IMG/VR virus record: IMGVR_UViG_3300025875_000002
Location: 64,001 to 128,000 of that record
Length of the DNA: 64,000 bases
Reading direction: 5' to 3' (one strand)
Origin: a virus
Taxonomy: Duplodnaviria; Heunggongvirae; Uroviricota; Caudoviricetes
Part shown: positions 7,792-16,608 of the stretch, in pieces
Numbering within the stretch: the stretch's first letter is position 1
How the letters are laid out: each line of letters begins with the position of its first letter
Made by a program: the position numbers and the translations under genes
The notes under the pieces: generated by a model
What the model saw: the letters and a program-made list of their open reading frames with translations, nothing else
What the model was told of the DNA's origin: nothing
The model's database searches: none

Positions 7792-8052
7792 ATGTACAGC
7801 TTTGACGCAGACGACAGCCGGGACTACGCGGAGGAGGCCTACTGGTCCAACTACTGCGGGGAGTGTGACGGCACGTGCACGGGACAGCATGATGAGCCCG
7901 CACCATGTGACCGGGTCGGCTGCCTGAACGATTCTCAGATCGGAAACCGCTTCTGTTCGGATGAGTGCGCGGACGTGGTCAACCGGGACAGTGACAACTA
8001 CACGCTGTGCGTGGCCGATGCGTGCGACTGCGAGAGTGATGATCTTGACTGA
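7792..8052 (+). CDS. Cys-rich, very acidic hypothetical protein
   Basis: AGGAGG RBS, TTGACC-18-GATACT promoter; about 10 Cys and many Asp/Glu. Confidence 0.65.
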   Translation: MYSFDADDSRDYAEEAYWSNYCGECDGTCTGQHDEPAPCDRVGCLNDSQIGNRFCSDECADVVNRDSDNYTLCVADACDCESDDLD

Positions 8053-8428
8053 CACACCGTGTGTGTACACACGGACAGGGCGCGTGTGTGTATACACTGT
8101 GGGCATGCTTGCACTAGTGGGCATGATCGTTGCACTGATCAACTACTGACAGACGGAGCGCACAAATCATGATCGTTTTCGAAAACAACAGCGTCGCACA
8201 TGTGTTCGATCAAAAGTGCCCGTGTCGATCATGTGCCATGCGCCGACACCCGTCATGGAAGGGGCCGAAATGATCTAGAAAGGAGGGTGACGGAGGGTAA
8301 GAGATTCCTTACCCTCCGTCACTTCAAGATCACCGCCGGCGTTACGGTTTTATCAAGATCAAAAACAAAAATTCATGTGCGCACTAAATGATCTTGAAAG
8401 TACGTTTTTGTTGCTGTTTCGGTTATCA

Positions 8429-8716
8429 TTAACACACACTCAACTTTTGAAGGTACAATTTAGGTAACTCTGTGTATGTGGTTCCGTCACTCTCTGTAAC
8501 AAGGGCAAACCCGCCCGGCAACAAATGGACTGAACGCATATCTAAGTACGGCTGCATGTCTGTAGCCCTAGACTTCCATTCGTCACATTTTATACACTGC
8601 CATAAGCTGATCATGAATGTCTTATTGTTCTTTCCGGAACCGTAGGTACCGTAGTAGCCGCCGAACTCTAACCTTTGAGCACCGAAGTATAGCCAATCGT
8701 GACTGTGTAGTCTCAT
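8429..8716 (-). CDS. hypothetical protein
   Basis: Part of a tightly packed leftward ORF string with overlapping starts and stops. Confidence 0.55.
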   Translation of the reverse strand: MRLHSHDWLYFGAQRLEFGGYYGTYGSGKNNKTFMISLWQCIKCDEWKSRATDMQPYLDMRSVHLLPGGFALVTESDGTTYTELPKLYLQKLSVC

Positions 8717-9093
8717 ATCTCAGGCCACACTACGATACCAGGGTTTACTACCCCTTGTGTATTATCCCTAGCCACCCCAAAATAACCGGGCTCAATGCTC
8801 ACACCGTCCAGCTCAATGTATAGCTCTATTACCTCCTGCATCTGCTCTGGCAACTGGCTGATAAGATACTTTAGGGCAAGCTTTTCTTCCAAATCGGGAG
8901 ACCGAATGATAAGGTCAAACCGTGACCTTCTACCCAAATACTTTGTGTAAATTGTCCACTCCCAATTGTCAGTAAATGCCCGATATTCTCGCGCTAACTG
9001 AAAGGACACCCCAAAAATCTTTTTGCATTCTTCCACTAGCTGCTTATGAATCTGGTTCGCTCGCTCTAGTCGAATTTCCTGTTCAAGCGTCAC
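8713..9093 (-). CDS. hypothetical protein
   Basis: ATGA overlaps on both sides. Confidence 0.6.
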   Translation of the reverse strand: MTLEQEIRLERANQIHKQLVEECKKIFGVSFQLAREYRAFTDNWEWTIYTKYLGRRSRFDLIIRSPDLEEKLALKYLISQLPEQMQEVIELYIELDGVSIEPGYFGVARDNTQGVVNPGIVVWPEI

Positions 9094-9317
9094 CAGATAT
9101 CACTCTTCCACTCTGGACAGACGCCCTCAACACACGAAAGCCCCGGTTGGCTACGAAACATTTCGCTTCCCAACTTTCTTATTGCTTCTTCTTGTGTCTT
9201 AGCGTAGACGCATAAGCTGCCTGAGCCGTGCATACTGTGCTGGTGTCTATCTCTATCCCAGGCTCTCCACATTTGATTGCCCATGAACTCTACTAAGATA
9301 CCGCGAATTTCGTTCAT
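9090..9317 (-). CDS. hypothetical protein
   Basis: GAGGA RBS, overlap with the next ORF. Confidence 0.55.
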   Translation of the reverse strand: MNEIRGILVEFMGNQMWRAWDRDRHQHSMHGSGSLCVYAKTQEEAIRKLGSEMFRSQPGLSCVEGVCPEWKSDIW

Positions 9318-9547
9318 AGTTCCTCATCCCACCAAATAATAATCTCTGGATCGGTACCGGCCTTTGTCATCGTTCTAACTTTAGCCTCGCTAGGCACCCG
9401 GCACAACACGTCGATCAAATCTTCTGCCGTGTAAGTATTATTGCCTGGTATTTTGACTTGGTTTCTCTTGTTTACCATTTTAACTCCTCGTTTCCGGCGG
9501 CTTGCCGCAAAGGCTAACGGGCGAGTAGACTAATTGTCTACCCGCCC

Positions 9548-9745
9548 TTAGCGCATTCTACTCATAACGTATTCTGGAATGCAACCTAAATTCTTGTACA
9601 CCTTGCGACCAATAATCGCGTTCTGTGGTTGTCCCATAATGACTTCTAGCTTGAACTTAGGGCATCTTGAACAACCGTGGAGAATTGCTGTCTGTCCTTC
9701 AATGATACCGGCGGTTGAAACGTACCACTTATGTAGTATATGCAT
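9548..9745 (-). CDS. hypothetical protein
   Basis: Coupled to ORF 9745-10035. Confidence 0.5.
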   Translation of the reverse strand: MHILHKWYVSTAGIIEGQTAILHGCSRCPKFKLEVIMGQPQNAIIGRKVYKNLGCIPEYVMSRMR

Positions 9746-10035
9746 TAGTAGATATACTTCTTCTTGAAATCATCATTTCTAGACCGGGGATTGTGGTGCT
9801 TAAAGTTCCAGATCACCCGCATAAGACCAATGAGCGCAAAAATAGGAATGACAGCAGGCCACAGCAAACCGCCTGCGATGCTCAAAAGCACAGTCATGAA
9901 CCATACGAAACACCAAAAGCCGAACTCATCGTTTCCAATGTCATCAAACATGCCACTGTACTTATAGAACAGGTATCCTACACCCGGGGCTGTAATTAGA
10001 GCCACTACAATGTAGGCGACGTCACTTTCTGTCAT
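9745..10035 (-). CDS. membrane protein
   Basis: Hydrophobic segments; GGAG RBS. Confidence 0.65.
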   Translation of the reverse strand: MTESDVAYIVVALITAPGVGYLFYKYSGMFDDIGNDEFGFWCFVWFMTVLLSIAGGLLWPAVIPIFALIGLMRVIWNFKHHNPRSRNDDFKKKYIY

Positions 10036-10361
10036 TATGCTCCCTAGTCTCGGACGGATATTCGTTTTCTAGCTCAAAGATACACTTATCTAGTTGATAG
10101 ATCATGCCGTCAACAACCTCGTTGTCCATGCGTCCAAGCACACGAGCGCGCATCTTCCACTCATTGATTATGTCTTCAAGCATTAATATACCTCAACGTT
10201 GACTAGAAACCGGGCCTCTTCGCCCGTCTCAGGATCGGTAACAGTAATACGTAGCTGATCCTCAGCCCGCGTTTCTACCTTGAAGAAAAGTCCTAGGCCA
10301 TCGTGATATTCATTGTCCATGGCAATCAATGAGTTAGTTATGTCCCAAATGTCTACGTCCA

Positions 10362-10898
10362 TTACTTTCCTCCAAAGAGCTTAACTGTATTTTCAGCTAT
10401 CTTATCAATAAATAGTCCTACACCAGCTAAGATAGTCGCGGGCACTACAACCGGTGCTGCCAAGATGGAAAAGAACAGGACCATTGGAAGGTCCTTAAAC
10501 CAGTTTTCGCAGCGTGCTGGGTTTACTGCGGCACCCCAACGTACGCCCGTCCAGATGAGGCGGCGTCTAAGTGGTGGGACTCCAAGCTCTCGCATGATGC
10601 GACGGAAAATGGCATCGGTGTCCCGCCCGTTTGGGGTTCCCGTGTCAGAATGGTTGCCTGTCGTTAACCAAGCATGATTTAGTGCAGTACAGAAGTAATC
10701 ATGGACCACTGCTGCTAGTGTATACCTTCCGTAGCTAGGAATCAACCATTGAACCGCCGCTGGTACAGAAGCAAAATCCGTCTTAAACCCTTCTGGGATA
10801 GTAAACACCTCATCCTTGCCCTCATAGACTACGGGCTCTTCTAGTTCCCATAATCTATCACCACAACTACGTACTCTAATCACATTAGACTTAAACAA
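10362..10898 (-). CDS. DUF1353-family protein
   Basis: IPEGFKTDFASVP..P.YGRYTLAAVVHDY..D.IFRRIM motif typical of DUF1353. Confidence 0.85.
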   Translation of the reverse strand: MFKSNVIRVRSCGDRLWELEEPVVYEGKDEVFTIPEGFKTDFASVPAAVQWLIPSYGRYTLAAVVHDYFCTALNHAWLTTGNHSDTGTPNGRDTDAIFRRIMRELGVPPLRRRLIWTGVRWGAAVNPARCENWFKDLPMVLFFSILAAPVVVPATILAGVGLFIDKIAENTVKLFGGK

Positions 10899-11046
10899 TT
10901 CTCATCAATTCCTTACCGTATCGTATCCATCCAATCATGCACTTAAAACATGCCAAGAACTCTACTTCGTCAATCACATCCATAAGATACATGTAGTATG
11001 CGCCGCAATGCCTACAGCCCACTTCAATTTGAGAAGTAGTTGCCAT

Positions 11047-11250
11047 TTAGTCTTCTTCCACTCTAAATGCTGGGGGTGGTGTTACAAAAATGCCATCGGC
11101 ATGTAATTTTACGAGACTTTCTGCCTCGCCTGGGTTGACATTGCTGTAAATACCCATCAAAACGTCATAGATACGACGCAAGGTGACAAAATTAGCCATA
11201 TCAAGCTCGTCTTCTAGGTCGTGTTCAACCATATCATCAGCCATCCTCAT
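11047..11250 (-). CDS. hypothetical protein
   Basis: Packed leftward ORF. Confidence 0.55.
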   Translation of the reverse strand: MRMADDMVEHDLEDELDMANFVTLRRIYDVLMGIYSNVNPGEAESLVKLHADGIFVTPPPAFRVEED

Positions 11251-11470
11251 CTTCCGGTCCAGAAAAATGGTCTAGTGACATGTGCGCTAGACCATATAGA
11301 TTATGAAATGGAGACTCTGTACATGAATGAAGATACTCAGTAACTTCACCGTCGTCTGCCGAAGGCCCGGCGGCGGTCAAAATGTAATCAGTCATAAACG
11401 CACCGTTCATTTCATCCTTAAAATGATCTTTGACGGCATTGTCTAGGGCTTGCTTAGTATCTTCACTCAT
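11237..11470 (-). CDS. acidic hypothetical protein
   Basis: Packed leftward ORF. Confidence 0.55.
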   Translation of the reverse strand: MSEDTKQALDNAVKDHFKDEMNGAFMTDYILTAAGPSADDGEVTEYLHSCTESPFHNLYGLAHMSLDHFSGPEDEDG

Positions 11471-11691
11471 TAGCCGTCCAACTCCTCCAATAGTTCGAAT
11501 AGGTCCTTGGCTAGCTCTGGATGATCAAACTTAGCGTTGTTTGCATAACAGATCATGGCAGAAATAGCATAAGGATCGTTAGCCAGATCAAGAACGAAGT
11601 AACGTGCGTTCGCCTTATCCCCGCCGGGCGCGTCACGCCCGTCGGTACGCTCAACCTTATACTTCTCATATAGTCCTCTTACGTCACTCAT
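11470..11691 (-). CDS. conserved phage protein (GLYxKYxVxRxDG..YFVLD family)
   Basis: Motif recurrent in many phages; function unknown to me. Confidence 0.65.
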   Translation of the reverse strand: MSDVRGLYEKYKVERTDGRDAPGGDKANARYFVLDLANDPYAISAMICYANNAKFDHPELAKDLFELLEELDG

Positions 11692-11875
11692 CAAAATACT
11701 TCCTTAATGCCTCAACCTTTTCGCGGAGAGGCTTTATTCTTGCTTCTTGCTTAGCGATAGCAGTCTCGTACTGTTCCTTGTCGGCTGCTAAATATCCTTC
11801 TTGCTTTTCAAGCTGGATTTTTGCATCACGCAACGCGTCATACAGAATCTCACCAATTACTTCGTCGTCACTCAT
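11684..11875 (-). CDS. coiled-coil hypothetical protein
   Basis: GAGGA RBS, heptad pattern. Confidence 0.55.
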   Translation of the reverse strand: MSDDEVIGEILYDALRDAKIQLEKQEGYLAADKEQYETAIAKQEARIKPLREKVEALRKYFDE

Positions 11876-12340
11876 CGTATTCCTCTGATTTGTCTTTTAG
11901 GTTTTCGTTCTCATCTTCAAGTTCTTGCACCTTGTCTTTTAAGACCTGAGTTCGAGGGTCAAGCATTGACTCAAACTCTTCTTTAGCCTGGATGACGTCG
12001 TACTTATCTTGATTACTTCTGCGATTAGTCACCCTTTACTTCTTCCTTATCGGGTACCTCTGTAATGAGGGTAACCCCAGAGGTACCGCACGGGAATGCC
12101 CAAAGAATCTTCTCACCACGCTCGTTAATCATACCAATGATGGTCTCAACTTCTGAGGCGTAATGTCTGTTGTAATGCTTGTAAGTTGTCATTCGTCACC
12201 CACAGTCTTTTCCATGATGATCGTGACGGCAGTCTGTAACGTACCAAACGGAGTCACAGAAATTATACGCTCGCCAGAACTCTCAAACTTCTTAAAGAGG
12301 TCAGACAAGTCCTTAACATACTTGCAATGACACGTGTAGA

Positions 12341-13033
12341 TCATACTTCCTTCAAAGTAGCCTGAACCGCAACAGGAAAGTGGACCTTCAATATATCACG
12401 CACTGCTTCGGCATATGAACGTATTTCGCTCTGCGCATCGTGCGCAAGGCGCTGGTGCAGGAAGTGTAGTCCTGCTCCTAGACTGAATGTCCAACGCCAC
12501 CTAACCATAAGACCGTATGCTGGGAGGAATAGCCTTGCCTGTTCCGGCGCGGCACCCTCTCTCATGGCCCACTCGTAAAGCTCCGTGCCCTCGTCCTGCT
12601 GGGCAATCAACTGGTCAGTCAAAGCTCTACCGACGTGCAAATCTAGGACGGGGCCAGAACCCTGCTTCCTATTCTCAGGGGCAGAGCGCCACTGATCAGG
12701 GGCCGGGATGTAATACTCTACGTTCTCAGTGATGTATCTACGGCTAGACTCGTTCCATCCGAACTGATCCTCTAGGTGCGAGCTAGCCACAGCATACTTG
12801 AACCACTGCCTTGCTGTCAAGAGGGGAGCGTAGACTTCTAGAGTGATCGCTGAGTGTCGGAACGTAGACGTGTGCTCGTCCTTAACCAAGAACGCAAGTA
12901 GTCTTGCTTCCTTCTCTTCGAAGCTGGCAGAAGCTCTATCAAAACTAACCTTAGCTGAGTTAACAATGTCTAGGTCCGATCCCATGTGCTTATCATACCT
13001 CACGTACCCCTTGTCCAATACGTCGATCTTCAA
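12341..13033 (-). CDS. thyX: FAD-dependent thymidylate synthase ThyX
   Basis: HTSTFRH..RQWFKY..SWNESSRRY-like (GWNESSRRY)..EQARLFLP..QRL..HAQxEIR. Confidence 0.95.
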   Translation of the reverse strand: MKIDVLDKGYVRYDKHMGSDLDIVNSAKVSFDRASASFEEKEARLLAFLVKDEHTSTFRHSAITLEVYAPLLTARQWFKYAVASSHLEDQFGWNESSRRYITENVEYYIPAPDQWRSAPENRKQGSGPVLDLHVGRALTDQLIAQQDEGTELYEWAMREGAAPEQARLFLPAYGLMVRWRWTFSLGAGLHFLHQRLAHDAQSEIRSYAEAVRDILKVHFPVAVQATLKEV

Positions 13034-13484
13034 TAGTGCTCTCCATCCATTCTACTATCTTCCTAAGTTCTCTTAGGCTTCCGTTATTCTTAAGCTGATT
13101 GGCTCTACGGCTCATCCAAGTGACATTACCTTTAACATATCCAAGTTCAGGTATTAGTCTGTCTATCTCGGCAGCATTCATATCCGTTTTTGAAGCTTCA
13201 CGATTAAGCTCAATACCCAGGATCGGACAATTATTAGTCCATATAGAGGCAAGATACAATTCATCCAAGTCAAACTCTACGCCTAGATATTTAGCTCGCG
13301 CTCTTGCTCTAGTGGCCTTGTGCTTAAAGAATGAGTTAATTCTATGCTTTTCATAGCGGTCTCGCTGAGCATATTTTTCACATTTCTTGCAGCGTGTTCT
13401 ACGCTTTCCTTCACGATACTTTTCACCGTTACGAAGAGAAAATTCTTCTTCTAGCTTTTCCTGGTTACATCCTATACACTTCAT
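12993..13484 (-). CDS. free-standing HNH-type endonuclease
   Basis: CIGC..CKKC zinc finger; CPILG..IDRLIPELGYVKGNVTWMSRRANQLKNN; own promoter TTGACT-17-TAGTAT, leaderless. Confidence 0.8.
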   Translation of the reverse strand: MKCIGCNQEKLEEEFSLRNGEKYREGKRRTRCKKCEKYAQRDRYEKHRINSFFKHKATRARARAKYLGVEFDLDELYLASIWTNNCPILGIELNREASKTDMNAAEIDRLIPELGYVKGNVTWMSRRANQLKNNGSLRELRKIVEWMESTIEDRRIGQGVREV

Positions 13485-13532
13485 ACACCTATACTATATT
13501 TATGGGTGTTAAAAGTCAAGTATAATTCCCAC

Positions 13533-13751
13533 TTACTTCCACCACTCCAACTTATACCTTGTTGTGAGTAAACCATTGGACTTAGCGGCGCGTTGCTCTG
13601 CAATCAAATCAGCATCCATATTGTCTACTTGAACCATTGCGGACAAGATGCGGGGAACGACCTCTTCGCGTGGAACCTTATACTGAGCACTGAGATAATT
13701 GATCATTGTGTCAATTTCATTATCAGTAGCCATCAAGGTCATCGCCCACAT
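13533..13751 (-). CDS. hypothetical protein
   Basis: ORF track; ribbon-helix-helix-like size. Confidence 0.5.
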   Translation of the reverse strand: MWAMTLMATDNEIDTMINYLSAQYKVPREEVVPRILSAMVQVDNMDADLIAEQRAAKSNGLLTTRYKLEWWK

Positions 13752-14004
13752 GCTTTACATAGCGTACGTAACCCTTGTCTAGTACAGGGATAATTAATTC
13801 ATTCGTCATTTATTTCTCCTCTTACTTGCACTGTCAAATTAGGCGGGTCTTCAAGAATAAAGATGAACGACCGCATTCGGCCCGGTGATTCGTGTTGAAT
13901 GTTGAAAGAGATAATCTTGTAACCATCTCGATTAATCTCATCAACCATTCTATCGATAGCATCAATGCCACCATCGGGATTAGATAGAATCATAGTCTTA
14001 TACA

Positions 14005-14394
14005 TTACCAAATCTCACCCTTCTCGTAGCTGTTAATCTGGCCCTGTAGGCTGCTTGGTGGTCTGTCTGTAGACCTGTTGATAAGCGGAGTTGTAATCGG
14101 ACTTCTAGGAACTAGCTTGTCTGGAACTACAGTGTACTGCGCTTCAAAAACGCTTGCAGGCCAGAAGCTAAACTTGCCGTCTGCTGTTCTTACTAAATAA
14201 GTACCGGTGGTTCCCTTAACCGGGCCGGTCAAGGTAGGAATTACAAGAACGTTGTCCCAAGCATCATCAATGCTAGCGGGATGCTCATTCTTCTGAACCT
14301 CGCCACCACACCAAAGGGCTGCTTCCTTCAAATTGCTGCTGTCAAGCCTTATTGCCTTAACAGGCTCAGGTGATTTAACATAATCCCTAATCAT
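14005..14394 (-). CDS. conserved phage protein (IPTL.G....G.Y family)
   Basis: VKAIRL..VIPTLTGPVKGTTGTYLVRTADGKF..VFEAQY resembles a widespread phage family. Confidence 0.6.
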   Translation of the reverse strand: MIRDYVKSPEPVKAIRLDSSNLKEAALWCGGEVQKNEHPASIDDAWDNVLVIPTLTGPVKGTTGTYLVRTADGKFSFWPASVFEAQYTVVPDKLVPRSPITTPLINRSTDRPPSSLQGQINSYEKGEIW

Positions 14395-14620
14395 TTTCTA
14401 ACTCCTCATGAAATTTAACTATTTTGTCGTACAGAATGTCTAACGCTCCATCTAGCTTGAACACACCACAAGTTGTCTCAAAGTTATGATGGTTACACGT
14501 GGCTCTCAGAATCCACCACTGGTCACAGCGGAAGCTGTAATACCAGTCCTCGCACGTGAGCCACGTGCCCGCGATGAAGTCATCCAATTTCATTGGTAAA
14601 CCAGCATTCCGCCTGAACAC
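14387..14620 (-). CDS. hypothetical protein
   Basis: Packed leftward ORF. Confidence 0.5.
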   Translation of the reverse strand: MFRRNAGLPMKLDDFIAGTWLTCEDWYYSFRCDQWWILRATCNHHNFETTCGVFKLDGALDILYDKIVKFHEELEND

Positions 14621-14905
14621 CCTCAGGTTCTAATGTTATGTAAATGTAATAGAACTTGCGAGCACACTTTGGACAAATCCAATCATCACCAATCTCGGCC
14701 GGGACCGGCGGTTCACAGGGAATATCAGGTAGGTTATCCGGGTCCAGCATCGGACTCATCAAGAATAAGTCTTAGATCCCGCTGTGCCTGCTTCATGGCT
14801 TCATCGTAGCCCCGGTGACGAATCTGATCTTCCGGGGTTCTAAGGAGTGCAGGCCGGTAGACAGGCGACATTTGATTCACGTACGTTCTTACCTTATCAA
14901 GCTTA

Positions 14906-15208
14906 TCAGTCACAATCAAAATTTTCCTCATCATCATCGACAGCCACAAAGCCCTTCCTGGGCGGGTTGACTGCGGTCTTATCAAGACCAATAGGAAAAC
15001 GAGGTCGGTATGTTGCGCTCCCGTCCTCGTCCAACCAATTATTCAACTCGACAGCGTGATAACCAGTGTATTCATAAATTTCACCATCCATGTCAAGATC
15101 CTTTCCTGGTGCAATCGGCTGGTTGATTGGAAGGTGAAACTCCCAATACGGATTGTCATAATAAGGTGAGTTAACCATTACTCGGGTTCTTCCTTCTCTT
15201 CGGCACAT
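14906..15208 (-). CDS. hypothetical protein
   Basis: Packed leftward ORF (start probably near 15178). Confidence 0.5.
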   Translation of the reverse strand: MCRREGRTRVMVNSPYYDNPYWEFHLPINQPIAPGKDLDMDGEIYEYTGYHAVELNNWLDEDGSATYRPRFPIGLDKTAVNPPRKGFVAVDDDEENFDCD

Positions 15209-15403
15209 TCTCTGTAGTAAACGGCTCGCTGGAGCAACCAGATTTGGATAGACTCTTTAGAATAACTAGAATTGCCATACATACCTTTGGCAAGCTTTTC
15301 TATGGCTTCCGCCTGCGCAATGTTTTCGGAACGAGTATAATGCTTTGCCATCGTACCCCCTTAAGCCTTAAGGCTTTCATTTCAAAAAGAAAGGCTGATG
15401 CCT

Positions 15404-15601
15404 TTACTCAGGCACGTCGCCGGTTTGAACCCAGGTGTCGTACTCTTCTGCCGTCCATCCAAGGAAATCTTGTAGCGGCTTTCTACTGCTTCCCTTAGTG
15501 TGCCACAGCTCAACACGTCTGTCAACTTCACTTTCCGTAGTTGCCTTCGTAGCTCTCTGTGGTTCTTTGGGTGCGTTAATGTCACTTGTTGTAATTACCA
15601 T
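15404..15601 (-). CDS. hypothetical protein
   Basis: AAGGAGAG RBS. Confidence 0.6.
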   Translation of the reverse strand: MVITTSDINAPKEPQRATKATTESEVDRRVELWHTKGSSRKPLQDFLGWTAEEYDTWVQTGDVPE

Positions 15602-15618
15602 TTCTCTCCTTAAATAGA

Positions 15619-15648
15619 CTAAACCGGGAGCGTAAACCCCCGGTTTAG
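15619..15648. terminator. intrinsic terminator hairpin
   Basis: CTAAACCGGG..CCCGGTTTAG. Confidence 0.7.
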
Positions 15649-15681
15649 CTGCCTGGTTTTAGACATAACTGTCCTTAAATC

Positions 15682-15768
15682 TCAGAAGATGTAAACTAAC
15701 TGCGCAATGCTGACTAGTACACCTGTTACGACGATAACTGCGTCACGTAGCGTTGGTAGATTCCTCAT
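15682..15768 (-). CDS. 28-aa hydrophobic peptide
   Basis: GGGAGGTG RBS; MRNLPTLRDAVIVVTGVLVSIAQLVYIF; TATACT upstream, terminator downstream. Confidence 0.6.
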   Translation of the reverse strand: MRNLPTLRDAVIVVTGVLVSIAQLVYIF

Positions 15769-15828
15769 ACTTCACCTCCCTTTGTCCTCTTAGTATACTA
15801 CATCTAGGTCTATGAAGCATAGTTGTGC

Positions 15829-15993
15829 TTAAGCCGATCTTCGGGCTTTGTCATACCTATTTCTATGAACCATTTTCCTAGTTGGCGTCTTTTTTTTATA
15901 GCTTAAACAGTTAACGCCAATATTTGATCCGCAGTCTGGACAAGAAAGGGAAGAAACCATTTCTTCTCTAGTTATAATTCTATGTTCTAGCAT
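15829..15993 (-). CDS. 54-aa zinc-finger-like protein
   Basis: AAGGAG RBS; CPDC..C..H.NR. Confidence 0.6.
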   Translation of the reverse strand: MLEHRIITREEMVSSLSCPDCGSNIGVNCLSYKKKTPTRKMVHRNRYDKARRSA

Positions 15994-15999
15994 TTGTTC

Positions 16000-16470
16000 T
16001 CCTTCGTTAGATAGATGTACATTCCCCCCCCCCCGTGCCTAGAGAGGTGTATTAGAAGAAATACCTCTCGCTTGAAGAGTCTGCGTCAATGTCACGGATG
16101 AGCCCTCCAAGTCACACGGCTCACCCCTGGGGCCACCGTTTCGAGTATTGAGACGAGCGCTTTACGCTACTTTGAACTGCTCAGTGGGTTCTTCCATTTA
16201 ATTTAACCGGCCGGGGTGGTGGAGACTGGCGGAAGAACTGGGTAAAAGAAGGCCATCTAGCTGGAAGGACATTGACACTTTCCAGGGATTTCTCCACCCC
16301 GATCATTATGTGTCGCTGTTGAACTCAGCGTATAGATATCTCCGTTAGGTTCCGACCTGAGGCAAGCCAGGGCATTATTGCAGCCCGATTCTAACAGAGA
16401 GCTTGGGAATAGAAAAGGCCCCAAACAACCACCGCTTTCGCGGGCCTCATAGGTTGCTTGGGGCTGATGA
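16000..16470 (-). ncRNA. candidate ~470-nt structured ncRNA or 5' leader
   Basis: Promoter TTGCTA-17-TACAAT on the minus strand (about 16506-16478); several stems; no sizeable ORF. Confidence 0.4.
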
Positions 16471-16608
16471 CACTACTATTGTAGCATAAACTTTTGTCCT
16501 TAGCAACCGGTGAGGCTTCCAGTTGAACTTAATAAGACTATACCACGATCCATTTTAAGGTGCAAACGCCGGTTTTGAATCTGAAACTCAGTCTGATATA
16601 CTTCATGT

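Noticed and set aside
11470-14394. Assigning ORFs 11470 and 14005 to named anti-CBASS/Thoeris sponge families
   Set aside because: Motifs do not match the Acb2/Tad1/Tad2 sequences I recall; needs a profile search.
16414-16424. GGCCTTT match between the structured RNA and the L site as a possible guide
   Set aside because: Only 7 nt; about one such match is expected by chance in 470 nt on two strands.
16461-16470. GGGGCTGATGA as tmRNA 5' end or hammerhead core
   Set aside because: No tmRNA TCGAC or T arm/CCA end, and no GAAA with stem II in the right arrangement.
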